NCBI GenBank assembly: GCA_021847945.1
Contig: JAJZNG010000042.1
Location: 7,709-71,708, forward strand
Source of the DNA: Actinomycetes bacterium
Lineage (GTDB): Bacteria; Actinomycetota; Acidimicrobiia; Acidimicrobiales; Palsa-688
Direction of reading: 5' to 3'
DNA: 64,000 nt
Positions within the stretch are counted from its first letter, which is position 1. Each line of letters starts with the position of its first letter. The translations under genes were made by a program, and so were the position numbers. The notes below the pieces were generated by a model. It worked only from the letters and a program-made list of their open reading frames with translations. It was not told the origin of the DNA and searched no databases. Positions 16,977 through 26,282 of this stretch are shown in pieces.

Positions 16977-17849
16977 TCACAGTTCCGCTACGGCTGGTAT
17001 CACCCGCTCTCCGAGGACCTGCAGAGGTGTCAGCGACGCTACTCCTGGGACCGAGCCGTGGTAATGGCTGACTCCAAGTGCAGACAGGCGGCGCATGGAG
17101 CCGATGAGCTCGTCGACCTTTTCTCCGTCCCGGCCGGGGTCGAGAGGGCCGATCACCGTCTTGTCGATTTCGTCGTAGTCGCGGCCGACATCCTCGCAGT
17201 GCCTGCGAAGGACATCGAGCTTGTGCTCAAGGTCCGCCGCCAGAGGCAAGTTGCAGGCTTGGGCGTAGCGGGCAACCAGCCTGAGGGTCTTGCGTTCACC
17301 GGCCCCGCCGATCAGGATCGGAGGATGAGGACGGCGGATAGCCTGGGGGGAGTTGAGGGTACGCCCCAGTCGGTAGTGCCTGCCCTCGTAGGGGGAGTCG
17401 CTGTCCGACCACATGGCGAGGCATATTTCGAGCGCTTCCTCCAAGCGCTCGAAACGCTCTGACAATGGAGGGAAGAAAAGCCCAAGGCCGTCGGCCTCCT
17501 GCTTGTTCCAAGCGGCTCCGATGCCCAGCCAAGCTCGCCCGCCCGACAACACGTCCAAAGTGGTTACGGCTTTCGCCAGCAGACCGGGGTCCCTGTAGAC
17601 GACGGCTGTCACCCATGCGAGGAGCTCGATCTTCTCGGTTCTGGCCGCCAAGAACCCGAGCGTGGTGTATGCCTCGAGCATCTCCTGTCCGGGTGGTCCG
17701 ATGTGGCCTATCTGCCACACGTGGTCCATGACGCTCAACTTCGCAAAACCGTACCGTTCGGCCGTTGCGGCTACGGCAGAAAGGTCGCTGGCGGTGGAGT
17801 GGGCTCCGCCCGGCCAACTGAAGCTCGAAACGTGAAGACCTACTTGCAT
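16977..17849 (-). CDS. LLM-class F420-dependent oxidoreductase (Rv1855c-like)
   Basis: 'MQVGLHVSSFSWPGG..FAKLSVMDHVWQIG..MLEAYTTLGFLAARTEKIELLAWVTAVVYRDPGLLAK..LDVLSGGRAWLGIGAAW'. Start set at ATG 17849 with AGGAGG upstream. The track's 149-codon extension is an antisense shadow of the next gene. Confidence 0.85.
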   Translation of the reverse strand: MQVGLHVSSFSWPGGAHSTASDLSAVAATAERYGFAKLSVMDHVWQIGHIGPPGQEMLEAYTTLGFLAARTEKIELLAWVTAVVYRDPGLLAKAVTTLDVLSGGRAWLGIGAAWNKQEADGLGLFFPPLSERFERLEEALEICLAMWSDSDSPYEGRHYRLGRTLNSPQAIRRPHPPILIGGAGERKTLRLVARYAQACNLPLAADLEHKLDVLRRHCEDVGRDYDEIDKTVIGPLDPGRDGEKVDELIGSMRRLSALGVSHYHGSVPGVASLTPLQVLGERVIPAVAEL

Positions 17850-18063
17850 GTCTACATCATCCTCCTGTCGTGCGCTTGGCACTTGTACGCCTGGCACTTC
17901 GAGTGTGGCACAGCCCGGCTCTGAGAGTTTTCCAAGTGTAAGGCCAGACGATCCCAAGGGTTGTCTAAGTCGTCGCTCATGGGGCGTGGCGACTATAGGT
18001 GCGTGAACGTCGACGCCGGTCGATTCCGGGCCGACACGGGTAGGAAAATACAAAGGAGCAGAA

Positions 18064-18728
18064 ATGACCGAACAGCCATATGACCAGCCAATCGAGGGTG
18101 TAACCCCGCGGAGGCGGCGGAGAGTCCCCCGCGCTGCCGCTACCGTGGGCTTGACAGCCTTGCTCGGCTTCGGAGGGGCGGGAGCCGCCTTCGCTCTCTC
18201 CGGGTCGCCGTCGACGCACTCGTCCGCGGCATCACTCGCAACTTCCACGTCGAGCGGCTCGTCTTCGTCGACGGGAAGTTCCTCAGCTCCGACCAAGCCC
18301 CCTGCGGGGCCGAGAGGGCGCTTCGGTCCCGGCTTCGGCGGTCCGATGGGAGGGCCGATGATGGGCGGCGACGTGCTTCACGGTGTGTTCACCGTAAAGA
18401 ACCCGTCCGGTAGCTATGTGACCGAGGAAACCCAGGTGGGCACGGTCAGTTCCGTGTCGCAGAGCTCGATCACGGTGAAGAGCGCGGACGGCTACAGCCA
18501 GACCTACGCTGTTACTTCCTCGACGGTCGTGGACTCCCAGGCCGGAGGAATAGGGGCAGTGGCCAGAACGACTCGGTGCGTATAACCGCCGAAACGCAGT
18601 CCGGCACCGAAACTGCCACTTCGATAGTGGACACGACCAAGATTGGGGCGAGCCGCCAGGCGTTCGGGTTCGGGGCTCCCCCGTCGTCGTCCTCGACGAG
18701 CGCGAGCGGTACCAACTCGGCAGCCTGA
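18064..18728 (+). pseudogene. Secreted Ser/Gly-rich beta-repeat protein interrupted by a 1-nt frameshift (or sequencing error)
   Basis: The track ORF 18064-18585 ('RRRRRVPRAAATVGLTALLGFGGAGAAFA' signal, then 'SSITVKSADGYSQTYAVTSSTVVDSQAGGIG') ends abruptly. The adjacent frame from about 18555 reads 'GSGQNDSVRITAETQSGTETATSIVDTTKIGASRQAFGFGAPPSSSSTSASGTNSAA*' to 18728 and repeats the same beta-strand pattern. The frame switch lies in the GGGG run at 18553-18556. Confidence 0.55.
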
Positions 18729-18821
18729 CCCGGCCAACAAGGAGCGATACCCAGCAGCCGGGGACAGCCCGGGTGCAGCCCAGACGATGGGCGGCACCCG
18801 GGCTGTTTCGCGCCGCGACCG

Positions 18822-19508
18822 GTGCGACCCTACGAGCCAAGCTTCACGGCAGGCGGGAATACTGTCACTCCTGTGACAGTTATAGAGAGGGTGGCGCAAT
18901 CCGACGATACGACGCTCCCCGAAGGCTTAGAGGCCGGAATCGGGTTTCGTCTGAGCCGGGTCGCACGGGTGATGCGCTCGGATTGGGCTGCGGAACTTAC
19001 GAACCTTGGTTTGACACCACCTCAGGTGGCGCTTCTGCGCGCTCTCAGCGACGATCCTGGATGTTCGCTGCGTCACCTTTCCAGACGCCTCGGCACTGAT
19101 CCGATGAGCGCCAAGCGATGCGCAGACGAACTCGAAGACCGAGGCCTGATCCGCAGCGCCCACCGGGGAGGGGACCGGCGCCCGCGATCGCTCGAAGTCA
19201 CGGCGCAAGGCGCCGTGATGGCATCGAAAGTGGAGGGCATGGTCGCGTCCAGGGAAGATCATCTGTCGCAGGTGCTCGGAGAGCGCCGACGTAAAGCCCT
19301 GATAGACGCCCTTGGTGTGCTGGAAGATCATCTCGGCCTGCCGGCCGACGCGCCCAGGCAGCAGCGCCCCGGCTTCCCGCTACCTCCAAGGTCAGCCGCA
19401 TCCGGGGCTCCTGGCATCGGTTCCCAGGAGCATCCAAGACATCCCTTGACCGCTACAGCTACGTCGAGCCGGACCCGTCCGAGCAGACTGCGAAAGGAGC
19501 TCACATGA
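18822..19508 (+). CDS. MarR family transcriptional regulator
   Basis: wHTH region: 'LTPPQVALLRALSDDPGCSLRHLSRRLGTDPMSAKRCADELEDRGLIRSAHRGGDRRPRSLEVTAQG'. The true start is probably downstream, for example GTG 18891. The stop overlaps the next ATG (ATGA). Confidence 0.85.
   Translation: MRPYEPSFTAGGNTVTPVTVIERVAQSDDTTLPEGLEAGIGFRLSRVARVMRSDWAAELTNLGLTPPQVALLRALSDDPGCSLRHLSRRLGTDPMSAKRCADELEDRGLIRSAHRGGDRRPRSLEVTAQGAVMASKVEGMVASREDHLSQVLGERRRKALIDALGVLEDHLGLPADAPRQQRPGFPLPPRSAASGAPGIGSQEHPRHPLTATATSSRTRPSRLRKELT
18861..18880. promoter_or_regulatory. Perfect 8-bp inverted repeat ACTGTCAC-TCCT-GTGACAGT, candidate MarR operator
   Basis: The palindrome was read directly from the sequence. It lies at the extreme 5' end of the longest marR ORF, just upstream of the alternative GTG start. 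Confidence 0.4.
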
Positions 19509-20176
19509 GCATCGACCCTTCAGGCCACAATCCCTCCGGACCCCATCATGGGCACTCGGCCGCCCCCGGCCCCTCGAGTCCTGGGGCTGTCTGGGACGAA
19601 CGCTTCGCCTCGGCCGAATGGCCCGGCAAGCCCGACGAGTCTCTCGTGGAGAAAGTCGGCTCTCTGAAGCCGGGGCGGGCACTCGACCTTGGGTGCGGAC
19701 CGGGCCGTAACGCTATCTGGCTGGCTGGCCAGGGCTGGCAGGTGACCGGAGTGGACGCTTCGGCCGTCGGGCTCGGCCAAGCAGCCCATCGGGCCGCCGA
19801 AGCCGGGGTAACAGCCGAGTGGCTTCAGGCGGATCTGACAGACTACGAGCCTCCCGCCGCCCAGTTCGACCTTGTAGTGCTAGCCAACATGCACTTTGCA
19901 CCAGGCGAGCGCGAGGAGCTTTTTGCCCGCTTCGGTCGTGCAGTGGCCCCCGGAGGGCACTTCTACGTAGTCGGCCATCACCTCGAGTCGATCGGCAGGG
20001 CGGGGCCCCCCGACCCGGCGAGGCTCTATACGGAGGCACTGCTGCAGGGTCTCTTCGAGGGGTTCCAAGTAGAAGTTGCACGCCGTGAGCGCATGGGCGG
20101 AGGCGGGGCAAACCCGCTGGTCGACGTGGTGGCTTGGGCGACGCGCGGCACCGACGCCGATGGGAGTAGGTCGTGA
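19505..20176 (+). CDS. Class I SAM-dependent methyltransferase
   Basis: Motif I 'RALDLGCGPGRNAIWLA' and post-I 'VTGVDAS'. Start and stop overlap the flanking genes, consistent with an operon. Confidence 0.85.
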   Translation: MSIDPSGHNPSGPHHGHSAAPGPSSPGAVWDERFASAEWPGKPDESLVEKVGSLKPGRALDLGCGPGRNAIWLAGQGWQVTGVDASAVGLGQAAHRAAEAGVTAEWLQADLTDYEPPAAQFDLVVLANMHFAPGEREELFARFGRAVAPGGHFYVVGHHLESIGRAGPPDPARLYTEALLQGLFEGFQVEVARRERMGGGGANPLVDVVAWATRGTDADGSRS

Positions 20177-21648
20177 CAATGACACCGGCGCAAGAGGCGC
20201 CGCAGGCTCAGAACAGACACCGCCTAGCTCTGGTCGTCATCGCGGCTGCGCAACTAATGGTGATGCTCGACTTGACCATTGTGAATATAGCGCTGCCGTC
20301 CATGCAACGCGAGCTCGGCTTCTCAGCGACGAACCTGACCTGGGTTGTCGATGCCTACGTTCTTGTCTTCGGCGGAATGCTACTGCTCGGGGGACGAACC
20401 GGTGACCTCTTCGGCAGGAGGCGGATGTTTGCGGTGGGTATCGCTGTGTTCACGGTGGCCTCACTCGCAGGGGGGCTGGCCACTGACCAGGCTTGGCTGA
20501 TAGCAGCCCGAGCAATACAAGGCGTCGGTGCTGCTATCGCGTCTCCGACGGCGTTGTCCCTCATAGCGGTGACCTTCGACGAGGGGGCCGATCGTAACAG
20601 GGCCATGGCTGTGTACGCCGGTATGTCGGCCGCAGGCGGCGCTCTGGGGCTACTGCTCGGTGGTGCCCTTGTTGACGTAGCGTCGTGGCGGTGGGTCATG
20701 TTCGTAAACGTTCCCATTGGCCTAGCGGTTTTGGCTGCCATCCGTCCTACGCTGCCGGCGACCCAGAGTCGCAGGGGCCGTCTCGACGTGCCTGGCGCGT
20801 TGTCGGTGTCAGCTGGCATGGCGCTCGTCGTCTACGGGTTGGTCCGAGCGCCGACGTCGGGCTGGGCCAGCGCTACCACGGTAGTTTCACTGGCCTTGGG
20901 TGCCGCCGTGCTCGGAGCCTTCATGCTCATCGAGCGGGTGTCGGAACGGCCGCTCGTACCGCTAGCGTTCTTGGCTGATCGCCAGCGAGCCGCTGCTTAT
21001 TCGATGATGTTCCTGCTTGGCGCGGCGATGCTGTCGCTGATCTATTTCTTGACGCAGTTTCTCCAAGACGTTTTGCACTACAGCCCGGTTGTGGCCGGGG
21101 TGGCGTACCTGCCGATCCCCGTCACGGTTGCGATCACCGGGGTGACGGTCTCCAGGAAGATCCGTCGTTACGGGACCAGGCCGTTTCTGACGGTAGGGCC
21201 TGCCTTCGTTACAGCTGGTCTTATCTGGGTGTCGTTTGTTTCTTCTACCTCCAGCTACCCTTCGGTGTTCGGCCCATTAGTCCTGGTGGGTCTCGGGATG
21301 GGCCTGTCCTTCGTGCCTCTGACGCTCAGTGCTGTGGCTTCTGTCGGCTCTCATGAGACGGGCTTGGCGTCCGCCCTGTTGAACACCAGCCAGCAGGTTG
21401 GAGGTTCTCTCGGCCTGGCTGCGCTGGTGACCGTGGCTGCTACGGCTACTAAGGATCAGATCGCCCACGCGCTCTCCCGCCTGGGCGGTTCTCCCCAAGG
21501 GACCGCAGCGCTGGCGAAGGCGACCTTGGCAGCGTCGGTCCACGGCTACCAGATGGCATTCAAGGCGGGTGCCGTGGCGGCTGGCGTCGCTTTCATCTTG
21601 GGGGTGCTGCTGGTCCGCCAGGGCCCGGCGCCTCGACCTGCTCCGTGA
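20173..21648 (+). CDS. MFS transporter, DHA2 (EmrB/QacA, 14-TM) type
   Basis: 'QLMVMLDLTIVNIALPSMQRELGFS..WVVDAYVLVFGGMLLLGGRTGDLFGRRRMF', 491 aa, many TM segments. Confidence 0.9.
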   Translation: MTMTPAQEAPQAQNRHRLALVVIAAAQLMVMLDLTIVNIALPSMQRELGFSATNLTWVVDAYVLVFGGMLLLGGRTGDLFGRRRMFAVGIAVFTVASLAGGLATDQAWLIAARAIQGVGAAIASPTALSLIAVTFDEGADRNRAMAVYAGMSAAGGALGLLLGGALVDVASWRWVMFVNVPIGLAVLAAIRPTLPATQSRRGRLDVPGALSVSAGMALVVYGLVRAPTSGWASATTVVSLALGAAVLGAFMLIERVSERPLVPLAFLADRQRAAAYSMMFLLGAAMLSLIYFLTQFLQDVLHYSPVVAGVAYLPIPVTVAITGVTVSRKIRRYGTRPFLTVGPAFVTAGLIWVSFVSSTSSYPSVFGPLVLVGLGMGLSFVPLTLSAVASVGSHETGLASALLNTSQQVGGSLGLAALVTVAATATKDQIAHALSRLGGSPQGTAALAKATLAASVHGYQMAFKAGAVAAGVAFILGVLLVRQGPAPRPAP

Positions 21649-21901
21649 CCCTCGCGACACGGGTATGCCCTGACCCGTACCGGGCAGGGCTGTGCTTGCC
21701 CGGGCCAGCCTAGGCCCGACAGGTCGTCTGGGGAACGTGACCTTGACGGCACCCACACTCGTTTCTAGACTGTTATCGAATGATAGTAACTAGGGGTTCA
21801 GGGGTCAGCCGGCTGGGAGCATGGAAACTGAGACATGGTATTGAAACCTATGTTTCGACGTGGCCGGTGCTCGCCTACTTCGCTTTCTCAGGAGGTGGCA
21901 G

Positions 21902-24085
21902 ATGAGAAGGATCGGCGGGGCATGCGCCACGCATCCCCTGATAGTTCTGGGGGTGTGGGTGCTGGCCGTGGTACTCGCTCTTGGCCTCAGCCACAAGATA
22001 GGTGCCACCTACAGCGATAACGTCAACCTTTCCGGCACAGAGTCCGCTACAGCGTTCAACCTGCTTACTGCGAACGACCCGAGCGCTGGTGGTCACGTCG
22101 GTGACGTGGTCATCGAATCCACGACCGCCGACGTGGCATCACAGGCTGCAGCCGTCGGTGAAGCCGTCGCCAATATCGAGAAGCTACCCGACGTCACCTC
22201 GGTAGCCAACCCACTTTCGTCGAAGACGCCCCTCGTCTCGCCCGACGGCAAGATAACGATCATCAGCGTCCACCTTGCGGTCGTACCGTCCTCGCTTGGT
22301 AAGACCTGGCTTTCCCAACTCGAAAATGCGGATGGACCTTTGGGCAAAGCTGGCCTTACAGTCGCCTACGGCGGTCAGTTCGACCAGTTAACCAACCCCA
22401 AGGCGAGCGACATAAAGTCGGAGCTGGTTGGCTTCCTGGCGGCCCTGGTCGTGCTGCTCGTAGCTTTCGGGAGTCTAGCGGCGGCCGTAACTCCCCTGGT
22501 GGGTGCACTCCTCGCAGTGCTCGTCGGTCTCGGATTGCTCGGCATCGCCGCGGCCTCGTTGACTTTTGGCACCGTCGCCCCGACCCTTGCGACGATGATC
22601 GGCCTGGGCGTCGGTATCGACTACTCGGTGTTCCTGATAACCCGGCACCGCCAGCGCGTGATCGACGGTGCCAAACCTGTTGACGCGGCGGCCGATGCAG
22701 TGGTTACCAGCGGAAAATCCGTGCTAGTGGCGGCCACCACCGTGTCGATAGCGCTCGTGGCGCTGTTCGCGTCAGGGGTCAGCTTCCTCGGGATGCTCGG
22801 GGTGGCAGCAGTGTTCGGGGTGCTAAGCGCTGCTGCGGGGGCGATCACCTTAGTTCCGGCGTTTCTGGGCCTGCTCGGAAGCAACGTCGACAAGTTCAAG
22901 GTGAGGAGGCGCCCAGTTGCCGAGGCAGGATCGGAATCGGACTGGTGGCACCGCTACGCTTTGGGGGTTAGGCGTCGTCCTGGCACTCACCTGGTTGCCG
23001 GTCTCGTTCTACTGGGTGTGATCGCCATCCCGCTGGCTTCTATGCGCATCGGCACTATCGACGACGGGGCCAACCCGCTGTCGTATTCCTCAAAGCAGGC
23101 CTACGATCTCATCGCCAAAGGGTTTGGTCCCGGAGCAAACGGACCCTTTACCGTAGTCGTCCAACTCGCTCACGGGACCTCCTTTGGCGCCGCTCAGACC
23201 CTTTCCGCCAAAGTGACCAAGGATCTCGCAGGCGTCCGCGACGTCGCGCGCATGTCGCCACTTACGCCGACACCGAACGGGGCGCTCCTCGTCGGCCAGC
23301 TGATCCCATCCAACTCACCCCAGCAGGGCCAGACCACTTCGTTGTTCGACCAGTTGGTAGGCAATTCGATGCCTCAGGCCCTCGCCGGGTCCGGCGCTAC
23401 TGGCTACGTCACGGGGAACATCCCTCTCAACATCCAGTTCGCCTCCACTCTGGCGTCCAAGCTCCCGCTTCTCATCGCAGTCGTAGTGGCCTGCGGTTTC
23501 GTGCTCATAACGATGGCCTTCCGCAGCCTTGTCCTGGCAGTCAAAGCGGCGTTGCTCAACCTGGTCAGCATCTGCGCCGCTTACGGGGTCGTGGTAGCGG
23601 TTTTCCAATGGGGCTGGGGCCGAAGCGTTTTGGGGGTGAGTGAGAACGTCCCGATCGAGTCGTACGTGCCGGTGTTCATGTTCGCAATCGTCTTCGGCCT
23701 TTCCATGGACTACGAGATCTTCCTCGTGTCGCGCGTCAAGGAGCACTGGGACCGATCCGGCGATGCAAAAGAAGCGGTAGAGGCGGGCCTCGCTGCGGTA
23801 GGCCGTGTTGTTGCAAGCGCTGCCTTGATAATGGGAAGCGTCTTCGTGGCTTTCGTGGGGTCCACCAGCGTTGAAGTCAAAATGATAGCGGTTGGGCTGG
23901 CTGCTGCCGTCATACTGGACGCGTTCGTCGTCCGGATGGTCCTGGTACCTTCGATTATGAACCTGCTCGGGCCGCTGGCATGGTGGCTCCCGAAGTGGCT
24001 GGACTCGAAGCTGCCCCGCATTGACGTAGACCCACAAATCGAGACGAAACCGGCCGTGACGTCCAACGCTGCGGCCCGCCCCTGA
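21902..24085 (+). CDS. MMPL family (RND superfamily) transporter
   Basis: Two MMPL-type 6-TM modules with periplasmic domains: 'GIDYSVFLITRHRQ' and 'GLSMDYEIFLVSRVKE'. Start set at ATG 21902 with AGGAGG upstream. Confidence 0.9.
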   Translation: MRRIGGACATHPLIVLGVWVLAVVLALGLSHKIGATYSDNVNLSGTESATAFNLLTANDPSAGGHVGDVVIESTTADVASQAAAVGEAVANIEKLPDVTSVANPLSSKTPLVSPDGKITIISVHLAVVPSSLGKTWLSQLENADGPLGKAGLTVAYGGQFDQLTNPKASDIKSELVGFLAALVVLLVAFGSLAAAVTPLVGALLAVLVGLGLLGIAAASLTFGTVAPTLATMIGLGVGIDYSVFLITRHRQRVIDGAKPVDAAADAVVTSGKSVLVAATTVSIALVALFASGVSFLGMLGVAAVFGVLSAAAGAITLVPAFLGLLGSNVDKFKVRRRPVAEAGSESDWWHRYALGVRRRPGTHLVAGLVLLGVIAIPLASMRIGTIDDGANPLSYSSKQAYDLIAKGFGPGANGPFTVVVQLAHGTSFGAAQTLSAKVTKDLAGVRDVARMSPLTPTPNGALLVGQLIPSNSPQQGQTTSLFDQLVGNSMPQALAGSGATGYVTGNIPLNIQFASTLASKLPLLIAVVVACGFVLITMAFRSLVLAVKAALLNLVSICAAYGVVVAVFQWGWGRSVLGVSENVPIESYVPVFMFAIVFGLSMDYEIFLVSRVKEHWDRSGDAKEAVEAGLAAVGRVVASAALIMGSVFVAFVGSTSVEVKMIAVGLAAAVILDAFVVRMVLVPSIMNLLGPLAWWLPKWLDSKLPRIDVDPQIETKPAVTSNAAARP

Positions 24086-24099
24086 AGCCCGCCGGCTGG

Positions 24100-24954
24100 A
24101 TGCCCCGCTTCGACTCGACGGTAGAGTGTCTTGTCGTGCAAGGAAACCTAGCTGGTGACGCCGCAAGGCGGTGGGCTGAGGCTCTCGGGCGATGGGCGAT
24201 ACCGGAGTGGATCCTCGCTCGGGCTGTGGAGTCTCCGTGGGCTTTGCCGGTTTCGCTTTTCGCCGCTGACGCGGCCCCGGCGGGTGCCCTCCAGTGTTTC
24301 GCGGCTGAATCCCTGCCGCCGGGCGGGACCGTCCTAGACGTCGGCTGCGGCGGGGGACGGGCCAGCCTGCCGCTCGCGGGTAAGGCCGCTCTTGTCGTCG
24401 GCGTGGACGAGTCCCCTGAGATGCTCGAGTCGTTCGCCAAGGCCGCCGAGTCTCGGGGCGTGGACTTCAAGGGGGTCCCCGGGCGATGGCCCGACGTGGC
24501 ACAGGGCGATGAGACCGACAAGCGGATCGGGGCGTTCGACGTAGTCGTGTGCCGCAACGTCGTCTACAACGTGTCGGACATAGCGCCCTTCGTATCGGAG
24601 TTGGGTGCTCACGCTCGGCGCGCAGTAGTGGTGGAACTCACCGAGAAGCACCCAACGGCCTGGTTGGCTCCCCTGTGGAAGAGCTACTGGGGTCTGGACT
24701 TGCCCGACGAGCCGACGTCCGCCCTTTTCGTAGAGGTGCTTGCGGAGCTCGGGTGCACGCCGGAGGTGCACCTCGACAGCCGTCCGCCTGCCAAAGCCGC
24801 CGAGTTGGGTGACGACTATGTATCGTTCGTGCGGCGGCGACTGTGCCTTGAACCCTCCCGGGACGGCGAGGTCCGCTCTTCTATCGAGAGGCTGTGGCCC
24901 ACCGGGCCGCCGGCGCTCGACTCGGTCGTCGTGCGCTGGCCTGGCGCGGCCTGA
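24100..24954 (+). CDS. Class I SAM-dependent methyltransferase
   Basis: 'GGTVLDVGCGGGRASLPLA', 'VVGVDESPEML', 'FDVVVCRNVVYNV'. Confidence 0.8.
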   Translation: MPRFDSTVECLVVQGNLAGDAARRWAEALGRWAIPEWILARAVESPWALPVSLFAADAAPAGALQCFAAESLPPGGTVLDVGCGGGRASLPLAGKAALVVGVDESPEMLESFAKAAESRGVDFKGVPGRWPDVAQGDETDKRIGAFDVVVCRNVVYNVSDIAPFVSELGAHARRAVVVELTEKHPTAWLAPLWKSYWGLDLPDEPTSALFVEVLAELGCTPEVHLDSRPPAKAAELGDDYVSFVRRRLCLEPSRDGEVRSSIERLWPTGPPALDSVVVRWPGAA

Positions 24955-25067
24955 GACGTAGAAGGCGCCACCGTCGAAGAATGAGCTGAAAATCTCCTCC
25001 ACGCGTACGGCCCAGACAGGAAGCGGGTGTAGGTTGAAGCGGTAGAGCCCCACCTCGGAGGTGCGTC

Positions 25068-25271
25068 ATGGCTATAGAACCCGTCCGTCACGGACATCCT
25101 GTGGTGAAAGCAGCAGTCGCTGGCACCGCCGTGCTCGTAGTTGCGTTGTTCGCCCTTTCCGCGGTCGATGCTGTCGTCGGGATGGTATGGACCGTTATCA
25201 AGCTCGCTCTGCTCGTCGCTGTCATAGGTGGCCTGGCGCACCTTCTGTGGGGTCGGTCACGCCGAACCTGA
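25068..25271 (+). CDS. Small two-TM membrane protein
   Basis: 67-aa ORF. GGAGG lies 6 nt upstream of the ATG. Two hydrophobic helices: 'AVAGTAVLVVALFALSAV' and 'LALLVAVIGGLAHLLW'. Confidence 0.55.
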   Translation: MAIEPVRHGHPVVKAAVAGTAVLVVALFALSAVDAVVGMVWTVIKLALLVAVIGGLAHLLWGRSRRT

Positions 25272-25496
25272 GCACTTCGGCGTACTCCGGGGCATACCAC
25301 CGGTGAGCGCTACTGGCAAGGTCCCAAAGTAAATGCCGGAACACGAGGTTCTTGTCTTCGTCGCGCTCACGAATTCCGAGAAATCGAGGTAGTGGCTAAT
25401 AGCGCGGGTGGTGGCCGCCGACAACTGTAAGTGGACACGTCGAGTGCCTCGTCTTGTCTTCAGGTAACCGAACCGACTTGCCGGGAGGAAAGGAAG

Positions 25497-25862
25497 ATGT
25501 CGGATCTCAGCATCGCAATCGTTGGGTCGACAGCCAAGCCGGCCTACCCCCTGTTCGCTCCGGCCGGATCTGTCGCAGCGTCGGTAACCGCCCTTGATCC
25601 CTACTTCCAGGCGCTGGACCAGACCCCTGCACCCTCGCCCAGTGGGTCGTCTAACTCTGGTCAGCGCAGCGGTCAGAATCCAAGATCGGGTCTCACTCAG
25701 GCCGTCAACACCACAGCCGCCCTGCCGGGCCCGTCGTCGAGATCGGGTAGCTCAGGGTCGGCCTCGGGGCCTTCTTCCCCTTACGCGTCAGCAGGGAGCG
25801 GAAGGGCCACTGGCAGTGGCGGGTCTGGCCGATCGCTCGGTCTGGTTGACACCTACGGCTGA
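25497..25862 (+). CDS. Hypothetical Ser/Gly-rich low-complexity protein
   Basis: ATG 25497 is preceded by GGAAAGGAAG. The sequence is 'MSDLSIAIVGSTAKPAYPLFAP..' followed by an S/G/P-rich tail. No domain recognised. Confidence 0.4.
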   Translation: MSDLSIAIVGSTAKPAYPLFAPAGSVAASVTALDPYFQALDQTPAPSPSGSSNSGQRSGQNPRSGLTQAVNTTAALPGPSSRSGSSGSASGPSSPYASAGSGRATGSGGSGRSLGLVDTYG

Positions 25863-25921
25863 CCGTGGCGCCTGTGATCCCGGGGGCTACCCCCGAGAAC
25901 GCTGTCGGACCCCGGCAAAAG

Positions 25922-25951
25922 GGTCAGGGACCCTTGAAAGGGTCCCTGACC
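25922..25951. terminator. Perfect 12-bp hairpin (GGTCAGGGACCC-TTGAAA-GGGTCCCTGACC), probable bidirectional terminator
   Basis: Read directly from the sequence. It lies between the convergent hypothetical CDS and tRNA-Ser. Confidence 0.6.
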
Positions 25952-25953
25952 TG

Positions 25954-26039
25954 CGGAGGGAGTGGGATTTGAACCCACGGTGCCCAAAGGACACAACGGT
26001 TTTCGAGACCGTCCGATTCGGCCGCTCTCGCATCCCTCC
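25954..26039 (-). tRNA. tRNA-Ser (anticodon CGA)
   Basis: The reverse complement folds as a class II tRNA: acceptor GGAGGGA/TCCCTCC, anticodon arm ACGGT-CTCGAAA-ACCGT, long variable arm, and T-arm GTGGG-TTCAAAT-CCCAC. CCA is not encoded. Confidence 0.9.
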
Positions 26040-26168
26040 AGCTGCCATCATGCGCTGAGGGCTATGGCCGTCGCAAACTCTATCCGAAACTCTGGGCGGG
26101 GTGTGTACCACGTTGGCCACTTGCGTGGGATGTGAGCACTCTCCGCGGCCTCGGCTGCTAGATTATAA

Positions 26169-26217
26169 ATAGGTGATGGGGTTCGCCTTTAACCGCCTTC
26201 CGGGCTGATGACTCCTA
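26169..26217 (+). promoter_or_regulatory. Fluoride riboswitch (crcB motif)
   Basis: 'ATAGGTGATGGGGTTCGCCTTTAACCGCCTTCCGGGCTGATGACTCCTA' matches the conserved crcB-motif core (GGnGATGGnGTTCGCC..AACnGCC..GCTGATGAnTCCTA), including pseudoknot partners GGGGT/ACTCC. It is directly upstream of crcB. Confidence 0.9.
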
Positions 26218-26282
26218 GACAAGCAGATCCTCTAGCCCGGAGCGTCACTATCAGCGATACACCTCAGCCTTACAGTGTTCGG

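Noticed and set aside
21649-21901. AT-richer spacer upstream of mmpL with the near-palindrome 'GTTATCGAATGATAGTAAC', a possible TetR/MmpR operator
   Set aside because: The dyad symmetry is imperfect and no TetR-family gene is adjacent in this window, so there is not enough evidence to call a site.
23315-24557. Minus-strand ORFs of 143-283 aa overlapping the 3' end of mmpL and the following methyltransferase
   Set aside because: They are antisense shadows. Both plus-strand genes have clear family motifs.
24955-25053. Minus-strand stretch 'GLYRFNLHPLPVWAVRVEEIFSSFFDGGAFYVS' with protein-like composition and high GC3 in the gap after the methyltransferase
   Set aside because: It continues only as an Arg-rich antisense shadow of the methyltransferase, has no ribosome-binding site, and I recognise no family. 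It may be a gene remnant, but the sequence alone does not support that.
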